From: Felis catus
Lineage: Eukaryota
Direction of reading: 5' to 3'
Length of the DNA: 64,000 bases
NCBI RefSeq assembly: GCF_018350175.1
Contig: NC_058368.1
Location: forward strand, 104,596,001-104,660,000
Position 1 is the first letter of the stretch; the number at the start of each line of letters is the position of its first letter. Below, piece by piece: positions 49,751 through 61,209 of the stretch. The notes beneath the pieces were generated by a model. The model was not told the origin of the DNA, did not search any database, and saw only the letters and a program-made list of their open reading frames with translations. The translations under genes were made by a program, and so were the position numbers.

Positions 49751-50083
49751 TTCCATATTATTTTGCCCTTTTGTTCAAGTTAGTGTGCCTTCTGGGAGAA
49801 CAAACCAAGTTTCAGCAAACAAAAGTAAATCTTCTGCAAACTCTTCTCTTCTCTGTGTACCTGTCCAAAGGCATAAAAGTGATTTTTGTATTGGTAATTG
49901 ATATGATGCATGTTACAGTTTCCTCCATTAGTGAACATCATCCTGAATTGATTATGTTTGGGGTGCATGTGTGTAGTTATTTACACAGCTGCCTCAAATG
50001 GCCAGTTGTTGATTAATCATCTTTTGGTACCTTCTCTCCTCTGACTTTTTACTTCTCTGTGTGGATACATCAACAAGCACTTC

Positions 50084-50300
50084 GGGGCGCATGCGTTGGT
50101 TAAGCATCTGACTTTGGCTCAGGTCATGATCTCATGGTTTGTGGGTTTGAGCCCCGCGTTGGGACCTGTGCCGACAGCTCAGAGCCCGGAGCCTGCTTCG
50201 GATTCTCTGTCTCCCTCTCTCTGCCCCTCCCCAACTCACGCTTGCCCTCACACACACACTCTCTCTCTCTCTCTCTCAAAAATAACTAACATTAAAAAAA
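50084..50300 (+). mobile_element. CAN-SINE with short deletion in the head
   Basis: ggggcgcatgcgttggttaagcatctgactttggctcaggtcatgatctc; the tggctcag (A-box region) segment is missing. Confidence 0.92.
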
Positions 50301-51199
50301 CAACAACACATTTCTTTCTCGCTCCCCGATCTTTGTATCAGAGCCAGTCCTCACTCATGACTGCTCTGCACTGTACCTTTCTTCATTACAGATTTAGTGT
50401 CACGGGTGCCTTAATTTCAGCATGCCCGAGTAAACTTAATGTCTGTTCCTTCCAAACTTTCTCGTCTTCTGTGTCGCTCATATCAATGAGTGTACATTCC
50501 CAGGTTTCAGGAGTCCTTCCTGAAACCTCCCTCGTGTTCCTTCCTCCCCACAACCATTTGATGTTACAATCTTGTCCAGGTAGTATGCCACGTATTCTCA
50601 TATTTGTCATCTTGTCTTGAATCCACTGCCACTTCTTGGGTTCACCCAGTTTGGACGAGCTGTGTTTAGCTATTTTGTTGCCACAGTAAGTATCCCATGT
50701 TTTATTTCATTTCATGAATGGCTTCGCATGTAATCTAGGATGTGCAGCTCTCTGCGATATTTTCCAATTACTGTGTTTTCATTTAGATGACATTTTAAAA
50801 ATGTAAACAATTGTGGATCACCTGAATGGCTGCCTTAGTAGTGAGTGCCGACAATTGATTTCATTGCCTGTGTAGGTGTTTGTGTTTTGTATTGTACCAA
50901 CGGGCATTACTATAATTATCAATAGCCTACAGGAGAAAAAAGAAGGCAGAGGGACTTTGTCTTCCAATATGAGGCATTTGGGGCACATAAAGTTCAATGA
51001 AGGCGCTGTATTTTGTTATTTTAACAAAGGTTTCCTGCTAGTTCAAATAAGTAAAACTATGGCCCTAGAGGTATAAGTTGCTGAATTCCAAATAACCTGT
51101 CCTGGTAGAGCGAGTCTGATGTTAGGAGTGGAAGTTTGTTTCTGTAGAAATGGTATCATTGGTCATGTTGAATGAATACCATCAATTTGAGTGCTGTCT

Positions 51200-51393
51200 T
51201 TCTTTAAGTTTATTTATTTATTTTAAGAGAGAGAGTGCACAAGCAGGAGAGGGGTAGAAAACGAGGGAGAGAGAGAGAGAATCCCAGGTAGGCTCCGTGT
51301 TGTCAGCACAGAGCCCAACGACGAACTGTGAGATCATGACCTGAGCCAAAACCAAGAGTTGGACGCTTAACTGACTGGGCCACCCAGGCACCC
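51200..51393 (-). mobile_element. CAN-SINE (Fc2-like)
   Basis: gagatcatgacctgagccaaaaccaagag...gccacccaggcaccc. Confidence 0.92.
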
Positions 51394-51581
51394 TGAATGT
51401 TATTATCTTTGTTAGTTTAAATGTAATGTTAGTTTACATGTAATTTAAAAGATGCTTACCTGTAGTTTGAGGTTTGTACAAATCTAAACAGCAATATGCT
51501 AACGATACCCAAGTGGCACCTCAGGTCTATGTGAACTCTTTGTTTTAAAAAGGGTGGGTGTATCACTCAGGTGGGCTAGAG

Positions 51582-51801
51582 CAGGGTCAGCAAACTATCA
51601 GATAAAGAGCTGGATAGTAGATACTTTAGGCTTTGGTGGCCATACGGTCTCTGTCAAAATGACTTAACTCTGATGTGGTGGCAGGAAAGCAGCCACAGAT
51701 TAGATCTAACCAGATGAGCGTAGCTGTGTCCAATAAAACTTTGTTTACAGAACCAGGCAACAGGCTTGATTGGGACTTCATGTCCAGCATGCTGACTCCA
51801 G
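51582..51801. mobile_element. MER58A-like hAT-Charlie MITE
   Basis: TIR-like ends cagggtcagca / tgctgactccag; perfect 8 bp TSD ggctagag (51574-51581, 51802-51809); internal tccaataaaactttgtttaca. Confidence 0.9.
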
Positions 51802-51829
51802 GGCTAGAGAGTATGATCCCGGTTCCTGG

Positions 51830-52520
51830 GCTTGACATACGGTCTCTTCATTCTCTCTAGATTCACCTCCTACCTGCTCTTCTGAACATTGGCTGTGCCC
51901 TAGACATTCCAGAGCTGCTTCATCTCCCAAGCATGTCACACTCTCCCAGGATTCCGCACCTTAGCTCATGCGCCCTGACACTTCCTTTCCCATCTTCTTA
52001 AACTAACTCCTACTCACCCTGGAAGATAAAACTTAAGGGGCCCTTGGGTGGCTCAGTCCATTAAGCATCAGATTCTTGATCGCAGCTCAAGTCATCATCT
52101 CAGAATTCATGAGTTTGAGCCCCGGGTCAGGCTCTGAGCTGACAGCATAGAGCCTGCTTGCGATTCTCTCTCTCCCCCTCTCTCTGCCCTTCCTTTCTCT
52201 CTCTCTCTGTCTCTTCCCCTCCCTCCTTCCCTCTCTCTCTTTCTCAAAACGAATGAATACAATTTTGGAAACAAACAAAACAGAAGCAAACCAAACAAAA
52301 CAAAACACACTTCCTCTCAGAAGATGTCTTTGGCCCCTTGTGGCTGAGTTAATGCTTCTGTCTTCCCCCTCCTTGCTTCTTTAAATTCACTCGGTACTCC
52401 CATAACATTTTCAGGAAACTCATCTGTGTTGTAACTGGACACTTACTTGACTATTCTACTGTCTTCTCTAGGCTGATCTCCGTCTTCTCTGTAGCACATG
52501 CTGTTCCATCCTTATAATTA
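51830..52520 (+). mobile_element. Probable L2 remnant split by a SINE
   Basis: aactcctactcaccct...cacttcctctcagaag pyrimidine-rich L2-like sequence. Confidence 0.5.
52037..52305 (+). mobile_element. CAN-SINE (Fc2-like) with (CAAAA)n tail
   Basis: tgggtggctcagtccattaagc head, CT tract. Confidence 0.92.
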
Positions 52521-54164
52521 TTACCAATTTAGAGGATTGATGGAAAGAACAGAAGGGGGTGAGTGTGAATTTTACATTGATGACATATTTACCCCACGGA
52601 ACTCAGAAATGCCCCGAGTATGCCTTCAATTGTCAGAGTTAGGTATTCTCCCATCTGTGGAAATGGGGGCTCGTGAGCTTTGCCAGTTTTGAAGAAATAA
52701 AGGGAATTTCCTGTTTGTACATCCGGGTCTCGTGACTGTAAAACTGATGCCTGTGAAATGGATCAACGTTAACTTTGACAAAGGGCAGGAAACAGATGAA
52801 AAATAAAGGAAAGAAGAAAAAGAAGAAAATCTGCAGTGGATGTTTGGGGTATAGGTAGGTAGGCTGAGTTGGCGATGTAATAATTGAAGTCTGGGTTTCT
52901 GGGCAGGGGGGAAGGTCAGAGGGGGATGTTTAGGGAAGTGAGCCAGAGAGTGATGGAAGGAATGAGGGCGCTAACCCTGAGCCTTGGGCAGGGGGAATCT
53001 TGGGGATGCAGGGGTCAGCAGTGTTGGACTTTGCCTTTCCCTTTATCACTTTGTCTCTCCTTGCTTCTTGCCATTCCCTTCCTCTGTTTCTGTTTTGTCT
53101 AGATGTTTATGCCCTGCCTTATCTTCTCCTGAACTAGCTATGACATGGTAAATATAAATATTGTGTTACTGATTTAAATGTTTTTCTTTTCTCTGTTTAA
53201 AGTGTTGATGTAGGTCAGTTGATCCTCGATCCCCTTTTTCTTAAAAGAATAACACGTCCCTTCTAGACGTTTAAAATGTTTCTACCCTTGTTAAGAAAAA
53301 AATAAATAAAGAAGAACTCTACTATGGTTACGCATTTTAGGAGAAACTCAAATCCTAAAAATAGAAAGTTAAGGGTAGCTCTTTTTTCCTATTTGATAAT
53401 ATAATTATTACACCAAAGGGAAAAAAGTATATTAAAAATTAATCTTACTAAGCCACGAATGACTAGCGGTACAAATACTACAGGGAAAAGAAAGTAATTT
53501 TTTCAAAAAGAGGTAATGGGGTAAGATCAAGGAGAATGCCTAGGGCTCCCAGAATCAGCACCATCCTGCATACAAATAAACATAAGACGATGGGTAAAGA
53601 TACTGTGGCCAAATTTCCTAATCAGAAAAATATCTTTGAAATTTGAAAACCAAGTTGTGATTGTCAGATTTAAGAGTGATCTTAATACTAGACTATATTT
53701 TTGAGTTGATCTCTGAGCAGGACACTTTCTGTCTGTGATTGAGATCCTTCCATGGGATTGACAGTATTATATATATGCTTTCACACCAGACACAGGTCAC
53801 ACATATATCCCTGAGAAACAGGAGGTAATCAAATACTCTACAGGAAATGGCACTGGACACATTTTATTGTTAAGATTATTGCTTATGATTTGGGAAATGT
53901 TTTAACATTTGTCGTCTGATCGTTAAAATCAAAACTCTTGTGTCCTAAGTAGTTTTCATTAGATGATGTTAGTGTTTTTATGCAAACGTGAAGACATTTT
54001 TACCAGATTATATTACTAACAGGGTCCAAATTTCAGGTAATATATTTTTTTTAATAAAGAAGACCTAGGGTCTTCCTTTAGTCAGCTCAGGGAGCTAAGT
54101 CAGTGGTCCTTCACTGGAAACATAATCATCATTACACCGTGTTGTGTGTGGTAGGAACTCAGTG

Positions 54165-54320
54165 CTCCTGACAACCACGTAAGGTGACTTCTCTGACTGC
54201 CCACTTACAGATGTGCAAGCAGAGATAGAAGGGGTGGGTAACTTGCCCAAAGTCACACAGGTGATGAGTGGCAGAGCCAGGGTGATGTCCTGTACAGTCT
54301 GGCTCCTGAGGCCTTGGGCT
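54165..54320 (-). mobile_element. MIR remnant
   Basis: cccacttacagatg...gtaacttgcccaaagtcacacag...agtggcagagccaggg. Confidence 0.8.
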
Positions 54321-54604
54321 TCACCTCCAAGCTTTGCTTCTTCTCACCATTCTTCCTCCCAAGTGCACCAGTTTTGTCGAATTGCTGTAGAAGATTCATT
54401 CCCTGTCACTGTGTGTTTGTGATCTATATGCACCTTTCGTGAATAAAACCGACAAAGCTTTGTCTGTATAAATGACCTGTGTTAATGTCTCTTGGCATTA
54501 AGATGCCTCGTGGGGAAGTAGAAATTATATTTTGCTGTCCTTGTCTGGATTCTTCAGTAATGGATTATGGCCACAGGATATGAACCTGTGGAAAAACTGA
54601 AAGG

Positions 54605-55155
54605 ATCATCATTAATAACGGCATACCTGACATCATATGGCGCCTGATGTGACATATCGAGAAGGATGCAACATCATCTATGTGATAGTAGTGCTAAAAT
54701 GTTTCACCTGAATCTAACCATGAGGGAACGCTCAGACAAACACACATTTAAGGACATCCTGCATAGTTGCTGGCCTGGACTCTTCAAAGGCATCAGTGTC
54801 ATGAAAGACAGAGAGGCCAAGGAGTTCTTTAAGATTGATGGAGCCAGGACGATGAAATGCAATGTATGATCCTTGTTTCGATTCTGGATCAGGAGAAAAA
54901 ACAGCTGTAGAGGACATTGTTGGGACAAACTGGTCATTTTGAATATGCATTGCATATTAGATAATGTTAAGTCTCCTGAGTGTGGTAATTGTGTAAGAGA
55001 ATGCCACTGCTCTTTCAAGCATAGAAAGGATATGTGTGTGTGTGTTTATAAAGTTAATAAAGTATTAACAGTGAATCTGCGTGAATGACAAATTGGTGAT
55101 TATTGTACTGTTCTCACAACTTTTTGGAGGGTTTGAAATGTTCATAAATTTAAAA
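54605..55155 (+). mobile_element. L1MC4/5-like 3' UTR
   Basis: cctgaatctaaccatgagg...ggcctggactcttcaaag...gtcatgaaagaca...aaatgcaatgtatgatcct. Confidence 0.85.
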
Positions 55156-55184
55156 GATCTGTGTGGGAATGGTATAGTAAGTGG

Positions 55185-55825
55185 ATACACACACATACAT
55201 ATATACACAAACACATATATATCACGTAGATATATACACACACATATACATACACACACATATACATACACACACATACACATACACACACCTATACACA
55301 CATACACACCATATACACACACACATACACACATGCACACACACACACATATATAGACACATATATACACACACACATATACATACACACACATATATAC
55401 ACACATATATATACACACATATACACACATATAGACACACACACATATAGACACACACATAGACACACACATATAGACACGTACATATATACATACACAG
55501 ATATGTACACATACACACATATATACACATATATAGACACACACATATATAGACACACATATACACACATATATAGACACACATACATACACACAATTAG
55601 ACACACACACGTATACATACACACACATATATACACACATATATATACATACATATACACACATATAGACACACACACATACAGACATACACACATATAG
55701 ACACACAGACACACACATATAGACACGTACATATATACATACACAGATATGTACACATACACACATATATACACATATAGACACACACATATATAGACAC
55801 ACATATAGACACACATACACATGCA
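55185..55825. repeat. ~640 bp compound (CA/TA)n repeat with 246 bp higher-order duplication
   Basis: Marker gtacatatatacatacacagatatgtac at 55481 and 55727. Confidence 0.95.
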
Positions 55826-55829
55826 CTTG

Positions 55830-56150
55830 TGTGTTCTTCCCTCCACCTGTGGCTCCTCTCTCTCACTAGGATCCTCTTCTCCCTCTTTACCTACTTACTG
55901 CTTACTCATTCTTCAAACATCAATTCTTTGCCAAGTTCTTCCTGGTCTATCTGCTTAGGGTGAAACCCCGGTACAGGCTTCTAGGGTGATAGGACACATG
56001 TCTCTGGTAATATTTACCCCAACAGCAATGAAAATTCTGTGATTGGATTACTGCTTTCTGCTCTCACTAGGTTGCAGGCTCTCTCTTGTATTTGTTTTGC
56101 TTACCATGGTCACCATAGCAGGATCTTAGTAACTGATACATACTTTTAAT
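55830..56150 (+). mobile_element. Probable L2 remnant
   Basis: cttactcattcttcaa...ctcactaggttgcaggctc. Confidence 0.45.
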
Positions 56151-56210
56151 ACATGCTTTTTAAAATGGTTTTTTTCCCAGTAAAAATAATGAGAATTAAA
56201 AAAAACTAAA

Positions 56211-56358
56211 TTTTTTAAGGTTTATTTATTTTTGAGAGAGAGAGAGAGAGAGTGAGAGAGACAGAGCACTAGTGGGGGAGGGGCAGAGAGAGAGGGAGAC
56301 AGAATCTAAAGCAGGCTCCAGGCTCTGAGAATGTCAGCACAGAGCCTGACACGGGCTT
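56211..56358 (-). mobile_element. 5'-truncated CAN-SINE
   Basis: Tail, (GA)n and body present; ends at gacacgggctt, tRNA head absent. Confidence 0.88.
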
Positions 56359-57084
56359 AAAAAATATTTAGAATTTTTATCTTTACCGAGTTCCATCGTA
56401 CTTAACTTAAAAAAGAATAGGTATTTTCTTCTGAAGCTTCATTCCAGGTCTTTATTTTTTTCCCCTTCACTGAGGCTAATTTCAGTTCTGAAGTTTATAT
56501 GATCCCCTCTGACAATATAGACACATTATTGTCATAATGCTCCTTGAAAAATGGGTTAAGTCACTTGGCTTCTGTTTACTTTCATAATCGATATGACTTC
56601 ATGCAAAATGATGCAGCAGTTCACATCATTCTGTCAGTCCCCATGAAGGAAATACTGTTTTCCAAAATTAAAATTGTGAATCAACCCACAGGAGGATGTC
56701 GTCAAATAAACAAAGAATCATCGCTTATATTACACTGCCAAGTTTTTGATAAGCTTAATTCCTCTAAATGCATTTAACTTTAATGAAGAGTAATACAATT
56801 TAATAACAGCATAAAATGGAATCATTTATCTTCACAGTCCAAAACATTGGGCAGATGTCCTCTCCTTAATATGTTGTTTCAATTGCAAGGTTTTTGTCCT
56901 TCCTCAGATTTGTCTTCCCTCATTTCTCTATGTGTGGTTTGGGGAGTGATCTATATGTACATGTTTAATTAAATCACTCATCAGCCTGTGGTTTTCATGG
57001 TTGGAAATCTCTGGGATGCGTTATTTCAAGTTCTTGAGGCATTGATACTTATACAACCCAATAAAACTTGGTAATTATTAGCAT

Positions 57085-57285
57085 ATTAGTCAAAATTGTT
57101 TCAGTTGGAAGTGACATAAAGCCAATCTCAAACTGACTTAAGCAAAACGGGGAATTTATTGGCACCCATAACTGGGGAGACCAAAGGTGGATGCTGGTTT
57201 CACAAGCTCAGATGAGGTGGGTCGCAGTCTCTCCTCCTCTCCTGACTTGCTTTCCTCTGGGTTAACTTCATTCTCAGGCGGGCAC
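57085..57285 (-). mobile_element. MLT1K/L-like LTR fragment
   Basis: gttggaagtgacataaagccaatctcaaactgacttaagcaaaacggggaatttattggc. Confidence 0.65.
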
Positions 57286-58136
57286 TTGAGTTATGCCCAG
57301 CAAGGGAGTGTTCATATAACAACAGTAGGTCATTCATTGATACAGGGGTGAACTTCAGATACTTACAAATGGGGCAGGGGGCTCCAGCCCAGCCCAAACT
57401 GGGGTTTGGAGTCTGCCTGGATATCTATTAGTGTAATCTGCACTTTTTTTTTTTTTTGGCTTAAGGAGGGGTTTTGTTAGAAAACTCTCTTGTGAGATGA
57501 TCAAGGTGGGGAGACACCATTAGTTTTTGAGCCTGTGAGAAAAGCAGAATTATAACCAAAGGTGAAATCATTGTTTTTATAAAGGATTTTTAAACTATGA
57601 AGGAAATGCAACACAGTTTTGGTGCTTGAAGGGCGTGATAGCTTTGAAATGCTTCCAGGAGACGACATCAGTGCAACAGAGGACGGCATCTCACGGAGAA
57701 CAGTCATGAGCCCCAAAGCCATAGTTTCATTCCTGAGTTCCCTGTGGAGACTTCCAGAACTGCTTGAGTCTCTGGGGCGCAGGGCAGTGTAATGTGGATT
57801 ACAGTGACAAGAGACTTAGCCCCTTGGTTTATGGAAGGTGTTTCTAATTAGTTTTATATGGGTAGATTGCTTGACCCCAAGGTTTTCTTGCAGAGAGGGA
57901 ATCAATGCGGAAGACGTAAAAGTTAGAGTAAGTTAATGGGAGGATACAAAGGAATAGATTATTGTGTGTTGGTAAATGTTTCATTTTGATAATTCGGTAA
58001 CACATGCACCTTACACGAAAAGCAAGGGACATTATCATAGGCTTGTCACGTGTTGTCTATAAGAAAGTGGTGTTGTTGCTCTACGTGGGCTTTTTCAAAA
58101 ATAGAATCAGTGTTAGAAGAGCCATTTCAGACATGT

Positions 58137-58171
58137 TTCAAATCACTGGGAAACTTCAAATCACTGGGAAA
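58137..58171. repeat. Tandem duplication, 18 bp period
   Basis: ttcaaatcactgggaaa at 58137 and 58155. Confidence 0.9.
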
Positions 58172-59671
58172 GTTCCCTCATGTTGAGAACGCTCTTCCTG
58201 TATAACCTCTTCTCTGGTTAAAAGCATTTAAAATGTTTGAGAAGCATATATAATGGAATTGCAGAGATTTATAGATTCCAATCAGTCATGTGATCTGCAG
58301 AGTTCACTGTAAATTGTTATCTAGGAAAAAGCCTCTATTACTTTTGTTTGTATAAGCTCATATCCTAAATAAAACTACTGCCAGCAGAATGCTCATTAAA
58401 GTGGATTTAAGATTCCAAATGAAAAGTTATTGATTTCAAAAAGGATAAACACCACTAAGCCTCAAGAATCATCTGAAGTTATTAAATTACCAATTTAGTT
58501 ACTGTCATTATTTTTTTTTTACTCTCTTGGTTATTTATTAAGTAAACTGTATAAGGTATAATGTTTGAAATGGAACGTAAGATAACAGCCAATGGTTATT
58601 TTCCACACACATTTAGAAATTAATGATCTGCTGAAAAATGGTGATGGGTTTGGTCTCTCTTGCCCCAAATTCCTGGCCCTTGTAAAAAATATAGCCTACT
58701 TCATGTCTATGGGAAGGCAAGATTAGGATGGGTGTCAGATGATAAATTTTTAGCCATCAGCATCTAGCCAAAAGAGCCTGACTTAGCCCTATCACATTTC
58801 CCATGTATATTTATGTACTGTACCATTTGGGTATTATAATAAAAAATTTTATCTGTCCCTGGAGACAAAATTGAGTTATATATTAAATGGCTATTTTCTT
58901 TGTTTTCTGCTTAGGTATGCGTGTAATGTGGTAGCATAATATATATTCCACACTTGTTTCATTCCTGCAGAGAGATAATATTTTTGCAGCTGACAGAGTA
59001 AAGACATCCTGTGCTTCTAGAATAAGAGAGAACATATTGGCAGGATAAAATACAGATGTTCCCAGTGTTTTTTCTACCTCATGGTTGCATTCAACAAAGG
59101 TTAACTTTCATGGGCATATTTCCCTGTCCTTGTTTAGGCAGTTGGACACACAAGTCCACAGCAAATTCAAGATTGTGAGAGGTTGTTCCAAGGAAAGTAT
59201 TTCAGAAGGCTTTTAGTGGTGGGAAAGTAACTTAAGATCTCATACCCTGCCTCCCCACCCCACTGCATAGTAAGAATGAGACATCAAAGTAACTTCCCTG
59301 CTTCTCCTTAAGGAAAGAACTTGTAGTATAGCCATTTTTTTTCTCCTAAAGAATTTTATTTTTTCTTAATATAGTACAAACAAAATTTCTCTTGTCATAG
59401 TCTAAGGAAAAGAAAGAGAAACTTGTGTGACAAAGATGATATCCTTTGCACCTGTTTGATCCCTTCCTTTTTCCCATTTCAGAAAGGAATAGTCCCAAGG
59501 AGTGTAAAAGGAGTATAAAAATATCATTTGTGTATTATTGTTGGAAACTTGTCACCGCATCTATGAAGCTGAGGAGTGTAACCGGCGTTGGAACAGGTAG
59601 GAGTGAATAAAGGGGACACTGATGAGCCACTGTTCACGTTTTGACTGTCTGTTCTGGAACAACTAACTCTT

Positions 59672-59818
59672 GGGGTGCCTGGGTGGCTGAATCAGTTAAG
59701 TGTCCGACTCTTGATTTCAGCTTAGGTCATGATCTCAGGGTTCTACTCTAATTTCAGGTCATGATCTCAGGTTCTCCACCCTCTCAAAACAAACAAACAA
59801 ACAAACAAACAAACCGAC

Positions 59819-59860
<42 letters not shown>
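59672..59860 (+). mobile_element. Rearranged CAN-SINE with (CAAA)n/(CA)n tail
   Basis: Head intact; aggtcatgatctcagg at 59724 and 59756; TSD aactaa(c/t)tctt (59661, 59861). Confidence 0.88.
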
Positions 59861-59862
<2 letters not shown>

Positions 59863-61109
59863 CTAATTCTTCTTCTGTAAGGATGAGAGAAAAATTTCCA
59901 GATACATTAAGGAATTCAGTAGTTCAAATGGGGAGGATCAGACATGAGCATTCAGATACAATAATCTCTAGTAAAACAGACCTCCTGTAGAATAAAGGGA
60001 AGAACTTTGGGGTTGGGGGAGGTCATTTTCTTAATTAGATTCACAAGGATCCTTTTTTGAGCTTCTTAAGTGCAAACTTCCACAAAAACATACATGTTGA
60101 GACACAAAAAACCAATCTTGGAAATAAAAAGAAGAGTAGGTACAGGACACTCTTCCAGGATACGCAGAGCATAACCTTTAAGATTGGGGAATTCAAGAAA
60201 GAAAATTCAAGAGGCAGGAAATGTTGAAGTATGAGAAGTAGTACCATGATTTTGTGGGTTCCGGAAGGAGAAAATAGTGGCTGAATGAGAAGTAATAATC
60301 AAGTAAACAAAAGAAGGCAGCTTCTCTGAATTGAAACAGTCAGCCTTTTATATGGAGCAGGGTTAGCATAGACTTAGGGGGTATGAACGGAGTCAGGTGG
60401 AAGCAGTCAGCTGGGAGAAAAAAGTCACCAAAGCAGGGGTGGGGTGGGGGGGAGTTTGAATGACATTAGACTTCTTACTTGCAACATTAACGTTAGAAAA
60501 CCTTAGAGAAAATGTATAGATTTCTGGGAAAAAAAGTGTTAGGTTTCAAGAATTATATTCCAAGCCAAGCTCTTGTCTAAATGCAAAGGCAAATGAAAGC
60601 CTGGCTCAGATTTAAAAGAATTCAGAAATTAGATGACCTGGGTATGCTTTCGGAAAAACAGAACTTAAAGTAGACCTTCAAGCAAAAATTAATCAAAATA
60701 AAGAATTTAATAAAGACACAGACATGTTTTAGGAAAAAAAGAGCAGTGAGCAAGAAAAACGTAGATGAAAATCTAGAGAACCGCTTGTAATGTGGTTGTG
60801 AAATTATGTACAATTTATAACAAAGAATTTTAAACAGAAAAATGTATATAATTTTAAAAACCTCCTAAAGACGGGGGGGGGGGAGAAAGAGAGAGAGGTG
60901 GAGAAGGAGAGAGTAAAGTGTGATGAAGTTTTTCTTGTCGAACCAGGAGGGTCTGTATCGGTAACTTCATTCTTGACATTAATGGAGAATAAATTAAAAC
61001 AAATTTAAAAACATTAAACAAAACCAATTTAAACTGAGGCCATTGGAAAAGAAAGAAAAAAAGGGAAGCATTATTATTTCAAAGGATGGCAAAGTGTGTA
61101 TGTGTGTGT

Positions 61110-61112
<3 letters not shown>

Positions 61113-61158
<46 letters not shown>
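61113..61158. repeat. (GA)n microsatellite
   Basis: Directly visible. Confidence 0.95.
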
Positions 61159-61164
<6 letters not shown>

Positions 61165-61209
61165 AGCATGAGACTGAGATTTAGAGAAATACCAATTAGG
61201 TTTCTCTAT

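Noticed and set aside
55065..55866. ORFs up to 253 aa (C/V/Y/M or H/T/I-rich)
   Set aside because: Translations of the (CA/TA)n repeat
57601..57792. Open frame ...EMLPGDDISATEDGISRRTVMSPK...
   Set aside because: No recognised homology or convincing splice signals; length expected by chance
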